Assembly: GCF_039541115.1 (NCBI RefSeq)
Contig: NZ_BAABFP010000007.1
Coordinates: 186,001-250,000, forward strand
Length of the DNA: 64,000 bases
From: Angustibacter luteus
GTDB taxonomy: Bacteria; Actinomycetota; Actinomycetes; Actinomycetales; Angustibacteraceae
Direction: 5' to 3'
In this document: positions 58,836 to 64,000 of the stretch, piece after piece
Layout: every line of letters starts with the position of its first letter
Position numbering within the stretch: the first letter of the stretch is position 1
Made by a program: the position numbers and the translations under genes
The notes under the pieces: model-generated
Told to the model about the DNA's origin: nothing
The model's input: only the letters and a program-made list of their open reading frames with translations
The model's database searches: none

Positions 58836-59396
58836 GTGAGCGAGCCGCCTGACCCCACGCCGCGCCAGGACCGGCTGCGTGAGGACCTCAACCGCGAGTA
58901 CTACGCCGCGCTCGGCGCGGTCTCCGAGTACGACGGGCGCCTGATGGTCATCAAGGGCTGGTCGGTGACCTTGTCGCTGGCCGCGCTCGGGCTCGGCTTC
59001 CAGCAGCAGCACTACGCGCTGTTCGGGCTGGCGGCCGTCACGGCGCTCGGGTTCTGGTTCCTGGACGTCCTGCTGAAGGGCTACCAGATGCGGTACTACG
59101 CCCGGATGCGGGACATCGAGGTCGCCACCTACCGGCTGAACGCGGTCGAGCTGGAGGGTCTCGGCCTGGTCTCCGCCCCGCGGATCGACATGTCCTGGGA
59201 CTACAAGGGCGAGGGACGGGACTGGCGCACCGATGCGCCGGTCCGCCGGGACGCCAAGGAGCTGCGGTACATGCACCACCTGCCGTACCTGATGCCGCAC
59301 GTCTTCCTGCCGCACGTCGTCGCCGTCGTCCTGGGCACAGGGCTGTTCCTGGCGGCCGTGCTGGGCGCGTCGTGGCTGGACGGGTTGGCCCCCTAG
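58836..59396 (+). CDS. Hypothetical multi-TM membrane protein (IKGWSVTL...FWFLD motif)
   Basis: Clean ORF with host-like codon pattern; 3 hydrophobic segments. Confidence 0.7.
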   Translation: MSEPPDPTPRQDRLREDLNREYYAALGAVSEYDGRLMVIKGWSVTLSLAALGLGFQQQHYALFGLAAVTALGFWFLDVLLKGYQMRYYARMRDIEVATYRLNAVELEGLGLVSAPRIDMSWDYKGEGRDWRTDAPVRRDAKELRYMHHLPYLMPHVFLPHVVAVVLGTGLFLAAVLGASWLDGLAP

Positions 59397-59431
59397 CGAT
59401 GAGTCGGACGCCGCGGCAGGGTCTGGAGTGC

Positions 59432-60577
59432 ATGAGCACCCTGGCGCAGGTCCTGGACCAGCACACCGGCGGGACGGCGGCACCGGGTGCGGTCGCGCTC
59501 GTGGCCCGCGGCGACGACCTCGAGGTCGCGGCGGCCGGCTCGCGGCACGCCGACGGCGGTGCGCCGATGACCCGGGACACGGTGTTCCGCATTGCGTCCC
59601 TGACCAAGCCGATCGTGGCCGCCGCCACGATGATGCTCGTCGACGACGGCCGGATCGCCCTCGACGAACCCGTCGACCGGTGGCTGCCCGAGCTCGCGGC
59701 GCCCGTTGTCGTCCGGACGCCGGACGCCGCGGTCGGCGACGTCGTCCCCGCCCTTCGCCCGATCACGGTCGAGGACCTGCTGACCTTCCGGGCGGGCTAC
59801 GGCTTCCCGTCCGACTTCAGCCTGCCCGCCGTCGGCCTGCTGTTCAGCGAGCTGCTGCAGGGGCCGCCGCAGCCGCAGCACGTGGCGCCGCCGGACGAGT
59901 GGATGGCCGCACTGGCCAGGATCCCGATGCTGCACCAGCCCGGCGAGGCGTGGCTCTACAACACCTGCTCCGACGTCCTCGGCGTGCTGCTCGCCCGGGC
60001 CAGCGGACTCGACCTGCCCGACCTGCTGGCCGAGCGGCTCTTCGAGCCGCTCGGCATGCGGGACACCGGGTTCGCCGTCCCGGCGGCCGACCTCGACCGG
60101 TTCGCCAGCTTCTACCGGGCCGGTCCCGACGGCGGGTTGGAGCTCGTCGACGCGCCCGACGGGCAGTGGAGCAGCCCGCCCGCATTCCCCTCTGGCGCAG
60201 GGGGTCTGGTCTCCACGGCGGACGACTGGCTCGCCTTCGCCCGGCTGCTGCTGGCTGGGGGAGCGGTGCACGGCCGACGGCTGCTGACCGAGGACTCGGT
60301 CCGCCGGATGACCACCGACCACCTGAGCGCCGAGCAGCGTCGCGACAGCACCCTGTTCCTCGAGGGACAGGGTTGGGGCTACGGCGGATCCGTGGACGTC
60401 GCCGCCGTCGACCCGTGGAACGTGCCCGGTCGCTACGGCTGGGTCGGCGGCAGCGGGACGGCCGCCTTCCTCACACCGAGCACGGGTGCGGTGAGCATCC
60501 TGCTGACCCAGCTGGAGCTCACCGGACCGACCCCGCCGGACGTGATGCGGGAGCTCTGGCGGTACGCCGCAGGCTAG
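59432..60577 (+). CDS. Serine hydrolase (beta-lactamase/family VIII esterase-like)
   Basis: FRIASLTK (SxxK), PGEAWLYN, PLGMRDTGF, GAGGLVST, YGWVGG. Confidence 0.9.
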   Translation: MSTLAQVLDQHTGGTAAPGAVALVARGDDLEVAAAGSRHADGGAPMTRDTVFRIASLTKPIVAAATMMLVDDGRIALDEPVDRWLPELAAPVVVRTPDAAVGDVVPALRPITVEDLLTFRAGYGFPSDFSLPAVGLLFSELLQGPPQPQHVAPPDEWMAALARIPMLHQPGEAWLYNTCSDVLGVLLARASGLDLPDLLAERLFEPLGMRDTGFAVPAADLDRFASFYRAGPDGGLELVDAPDGQWSSPPAFPSGAGGLVSTADDWLAFARLLLAGGAVHGRRLLTEDSVRRMTTDHLSAEQRRDSTLFLEGQGWGYGGSVDVAAVDPWNVPGRYGWVGGSGTAAFLTPSTGAVSILLTQLELTGPTPPDVMRELWRYAAG

Positions 60578-61254
60578 GCGGGGAGCGCGACCGGCAGGTC
60601 CACCGACAGCTCGGCCGGCAGGATGGTCGGCAGCCCGAGCAGCGCGGGCAGCACCCGGTCGGTCATCGCGTCGAGGACGACCCCGGCCTCGGCGTCCGAC
60701 AGGTGCACCGCGAGCCGCACCACGGTGGCGGCCAGGTGCGCCGCCACGAAGCAGAGCAGGTTGAGGTCGACCGAGACCGGCCCGGGAACGACGCCGCGGA
60801 ACACGTCCGCGAGCTGCACGCCCGCGGCACGGCTGTCGGTCACGTCCGCGGCCACCATGTCCGGGTCGCCGCTGGCCGCCGTCCACACCGCGGCGAACGT
60901 CGCGTCGCTGCGGAACAGGTCCCAGTAGGCCCGCATCGAGGTCGACACCGCGGCCCGGGCCTCGTCCTGGGTGCTGACCGGTGCGAGGACCGCGACGACC
61001 TCGTCGCGCACGATGCCCGAGTACCGTTCCAGCAGCGTCTGCAGGATGGCCTGCTTGTTGGGGAAGTAGCGGTAGACCGACGGCAGGCGGATGCCCGCGC
61101 GGTCCGCGACGTCGCTCATCGACGTCGCGTCCACCCCGCTCTGCGCGATCAGCGCGGCCGCCGCGTCGAGGATGCTCTCGACGCGTTGGCGGCTGCGGCG
61201 CTGCTCGGGCTGACGCCGCGGCGCGATGGCGTCGCGCGCACTGCTCTCGCTCAT
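60574..61254 (-). CDS. TetR family transcriptional regulator
   Basis: QRRSRQRVESILDAA...VADRAGI....VYRYFPNK. Confidence 0.9.
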   Translation of the reverse strand: MSESSARDAIAPRRQPEQRRSRQRVESILDAAAALIAQSGVDATSMSDVADRAGIRLPSVYRYFPNKQAILQTLLERYSGIVRDEVVAVLAPVSTQDEARAAVSTSMRAYWDLFRSDATFAAVWTAASGDPDMVAADVTDSRAAGVQLADVFRGVVPGPVSVDLNLLCFVAAHLAATVVRLAVHLSDAEAGVVLDAMTDRVLPALLGLPTILPAELSVDLPVALPA

Positions 61255-61340
61255 CCGCGCATCCTCTCACCCGAACGGCCGAGCGAGAGGGCAGTTGGCG
61301 AAAGGTCCTCACCTCGCCGCGAGAGGCGGTGACGCCCGCG

Positions 61341-61375
61341 CGGGGCCGGCCGCGCTGGTTGCGCGACCGGCCCCG
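61341..61375 (-). terminator. Hairpin downstream of the peptide-binding protein gene
   Basis: CGGGGCCGGCCGCGC-TGGTT-GCGCGACCGGCCCCG. Confidence 0.55.
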
Positions 61376-61388
61376 TGGTGCGGTTCTG

Positions 61389-63146
61389 CTACTTCTTGAC
61401 GTACAGGTCCGCGTAGCTCCAGGAGCCGTACGGTGCCCACAGGTAGACCTTGCTGGCGTCGCCGCTCGCGGCACCGACCTTGGAGCCGGCCAGCCGCTGG
61501 GTGCGGGCGAACCGGGTCGGCAGGATCCACGCCTGCTCCATGGCCTCCTTGTTCAGGTCCTTCCACATCTGGGACTGCTTGGCGCGGTCCAGCTCACCCT
61601 TCGCGGCGTCGGACTTGGAGGTGAAGTCCTTGTCGTCGGCCTGCGAGAGGTTGAAGCCACCGGCCGGGGTGAACAGCTCCGGGATGACGGTGGAGGCGTT
61701 CAGCCAGTCCGGGCCCCAGCCCGCGTTGGCCATGGCCTCTTCCTTGGTCGGGTCCTGGACGATCGAGTAGTACTCGCCCGGCGGCAGCGCGGACAGCTTG
61801 AGCTTGATCCCGGCGCGGGCCAAGGACGCCTGCAGCGCGGCCGCCGCCTTGTCGTTCACCGGGGTCTTCGAGTACTGGTACGTCAGCTCCGGCATCGCGG
61901 CACCCGACTCGGCGATCAGCTTCTTGGCCAGGTCGACGTTGCCGGTGTCCGGGATCTGCGCCCCGTACATGCCGTCCCACATACCCGACTTGGCGTAGTC
62001 GGCCGAGAGGTTCGGCTTGATCGCGCCGTCCGCCAGGTCACCGGCGAACGAGCCACCGGCGATCGTCCGCAGTGCCGAGCGGTCGGTCGCGGCCAGGATC
62101 GCCTGCCGCTGCTTGACGTTCGGCACCTTCTTCGTGTTGATCGCGATGTAGCGGGTGTACGGGTCGTAGTCGTTGACGCGGCGGTCCGCGAAGCGCGGGT
62201 CGTTGAACACCGTCGTCAGCGACGAGGTGTCCAGCGCGTCGCGGGAGATCGCCATCGCGTCCTCACCGGCGTCCGCCTCGAGACGCTGGTCGATCGTGGT
62301 GGGCTGGATCGCGAACTTGACCACGATCTTGTCCGGGTACGCACCCCGGTAGCCGTCGTCCTGACCCGTCCAGTTGGTGTTGCGCTCCATCACCAGCTGC
62401 TGGCCCTTGGTGTACTCGGTGATCTTGTAGGGACCGTTGGACTGCACGTTGTCGTCGTACTTCTCACCCGTGTCCTTGGCCTTCGGCACCGGGGCGAACG
62501 CCGTCAGCGTGACGGTGTAGTTGAAGTCACCGGCCGGCTTGGCCAGGTTGAACGTGATGGTCTTACCGTCGCTCGAGCAGGAGACGGCCTTGTCGAACGC
62601 AGCCGTGTTGTTGTTCGAGGTGACGTACGGGCCCTTGTACGTGGAGTTGCCGTCCTTGTCCTTCGGGATGTCCAGGAGGCTGATCGCGTAGGTCGGACCG
62701 TCGGTGATGACGGTCTGCGCGAAGGTGCGCGAGACGCCGTACTTGATGTCCGCGCAGGTCGAGTCCGATCCGTCCTGCCACTTCGCACCGTCGCGCAGCG
62801 TGAACGCCCACGTCTTGCCGCCGTTGCTGGCCTTGCCGGTGTCGCTGGCGAGGTCGCCGACCAGCTTGCCGGCCTCGTTCCCGTCCCGGCTGATCTTGTA
62901 CGTCGTCAGCGTCCGGTTCAGGTACGCGCTGGCGAACGCGAGGTCCTCACCGGTGTAGTTGCGCTGCGGGTCGAGGTGGTTGAACTGCTCCAGGGTCGTC
63001 AGGAACGTCAGGGTGCCGCCCTTCGCTGCGGTGTCCCCGCCCCCCGACGTTCCGCCGCTGTCGTCGTTGCCGCCGCACGCGGCCAGCGCGAGTGCGCCGA
63101 CGGCCGCGACTGCGACGAAGCGCAGACCGGTCTTGGCCTTGCCCAT
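61389..63146 (-). CDS. Peptide/nickel ABC transporter substrate-binding lipoprotein (family 5)
   Basis: Lipobox LAAC, LDPQRNY, WAFTLRDGAKWQDGS, SNGPYKI; AGGAG RBS. Confidence 0.92.
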   Translation of the reverse strand: MGKAKTGLRFVAVAAVGALALAACGGNDDSGGTSGGGDTAAKGGTLTFLTTLEQFNHLDPQRNYTGEDLAFASAYLNRTLTTYKISRDGNEAGKLVGDLASDTGKASNGGKTWAFTLRDGAKWQDGSDSTCADIKYGVSRTFAQTVITDGPTYAISLLDIPKDKDGNSTYKGPYVTSNNNTAAFDKAVSCSSDGKTITFNLAKPAGDFNYTVTLTAFAPVPKAKDTGEKYDDNVQSNGPYKITEYTKGQQLVMERNTNWTGQDDGYRGAYPDKIVVKFAIQPTTIDQRLEADAGEDAMAISRDALDTSSLTTVFNDPRFADRRVNDYDPYTRYIAINTKKVPNVKQRQAILAATDRSALRTIAGGSFAGDLADGAIKPNLSADYAKSGMWDGMYGAQIPDTGNVDLAKKLIAESGAAMPELTYQYSKTPVNDKAAAALQASLARAGIKLKLSALPPGEYYSIVQDPTKEEAMANAGWGPDWLNASTVIPELFTPAGGFNLSQADDKDFTSKSDAAKGELDRAKQSQMWKDLNKEAMEQAWILPTRFARTQRLAGSKVGAASGDASKVYLWAPYGSWSYADLYVKK

Positions 63147-63332
63147 GTCGTCTCCTCCTGGTTGGTGTGCCAGAGCAGACGTCCCGGTCCGGGACCGGCG
63201 AGTTGCATGGTGGGACCTGTGAACGTCCCTTCCACCCTTCATCTCCAGGGGTGCCGACCGATAGGGCCCGTTGTCGAACCGTGACACCACTGCGACCCGC
63301 GGGTGCTCACGCGGTCTCGATCGTCACCGCGC

Positions 63333-63370
63333 CGACATCGTCCTGTGACTCATCGACACCGTCCTGTGAC
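63333..63370. promoter_or_regulatory. 17-bp direct repeat with 21-bp period in a divergent intergenic region
   Basis: CGACATCGTCCTGTGAC (63333) and CGACACCGTCCTGTGAC (63354). Confidence 0.55.
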
Positions 63371-63515
63371 CTCGAACGGAGTAGTTGCGGGAAGAATTAC
63401 GTGCGCCAGTGCAGGTTCTCAACAAGTCGAAGAAAGTTTATGGCAGAACCTGGGAATTTCCCTACGGTGGTTCTAAGGTCACCTCTAGTGCCCCGTCGAG
63501 AGAGGCGAGTCCCCG

Positions 63516-64000
63516 ATGAAGCGGACCACCAGCGCCATCGCTGCGATCACTGCCACCGCCACCGCGACTGCCGCTGTGGTGGTGGGTCTGGGACTGGGCT
63601 TCGCCACCCCGGCCGCGGCCGCGGCCTCGCCGCCCTTGGTGACCCGCGCCGCGCTGGACGCGGCGCTGGTGGCCGGACGCGGCGCCGACGTCCCCTTCCT
63701 GGAGCAGGAGGCCGAGTCTGCGCGGACCACCGGCTCCGTCATCGGCCCGGACCGCACGGCCTACACGCTGGCGGCCGAGGCGTCCGGCCGGACGGCCGTG
63801 CGGCTGCTGCCCGGCCAGTACGTCGAGTTCACCCTGCCGAAGCCGGCCAACGCCCTCACGGTGCGCTACAGCATCCCGGACGCGCCGGACGGCGGCGGCA
63901 TCACGGCGCCGCTGGACGTCACGCTGGACGGCCGCAGCCACCGGAGCATGACCCTGACGTCGCAGTACTCCTGGCTGTACAACCAGTACCCGTTCAGCAA
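63516..64000 (+). CDS. Secreted glycoside hydrolase, alpha-1,3-glucanase/mycodextranase (GH87)-like, partial
   Basis: Signal peptide, then GADVPFLEQEAE...LAAEASGR.AVRL..GQYVEFT...ANALTVRYSIPD...LTSQYSWLYN.YPF; runs off the window. Confidence 0.75.
   Translation, partial: MKRTTSAIAAITATATATAAVVVGLGLGFATPAAAAASPPLVTRAALDAALVAGRGADVPFLEQEAESARTTGSVIGPDRTAYTLAAEASGRTAVRLLPGQYVEFTLPKPANALTVRYSIPDAPDGGGITAPLDVTLDGRSHRSMTLTSQYSWLYNQYPFS

Noticed and set aside
58640..64000. Prophage or genomic island integrated at ssrA
   Set aside because: No integrase, no duplicated tmRNA 3' end noticed in the window, and downstream genes have host-like composition.

Overview
High-GC actinobacterial chromosomal segment (draft assembly; 91-nt N gap at 26199-26289), densely coding with about 60 genes. 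Core landmarks: mrp, an MgtE-like protein, pepP, a large NAD-glutamate dehydrogenase, a PdtaS-like kinase with whiB1, a SigB/SigF-type sigma factor with its anti-sigma factor, prfB-ftsE-ftsX-M23 peptidase-smpB, pyc, zwf and tmRNA (ssrA, tag ADSKRTDFALAA). I saw no CRISPR array, rRNA, tRNA, integrase or transposase. Signals worth following up: (1) a dispersed hairpin repeat with an identical 27-nt core and differing but self-complementary stems (3 copies), plus a second REP-like family; (2) a ubiquitin-like/FHA/EccC-type FtsK ATPase transcribed divergently from a Tad/Flp pilus operon; (3) a DnaA-box-like CTGTGGAT[A/G]A motif ending exactly 39 nt before the start codon of both that ATPase and a LexA-boxed DUF222-HNH gene; (4) an orphan MshEN-PilB ATPase with a C-terminal double zinc ribbon; (5) a 17-bp duplication that creates a 6-codon relay ORF between anti-sigma and sigma; (6) a 47%-Pro micropeptide downstream of an Xaa-Pro aminopeptidase. 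All product calls come from motif recognition by eye, not database searches.
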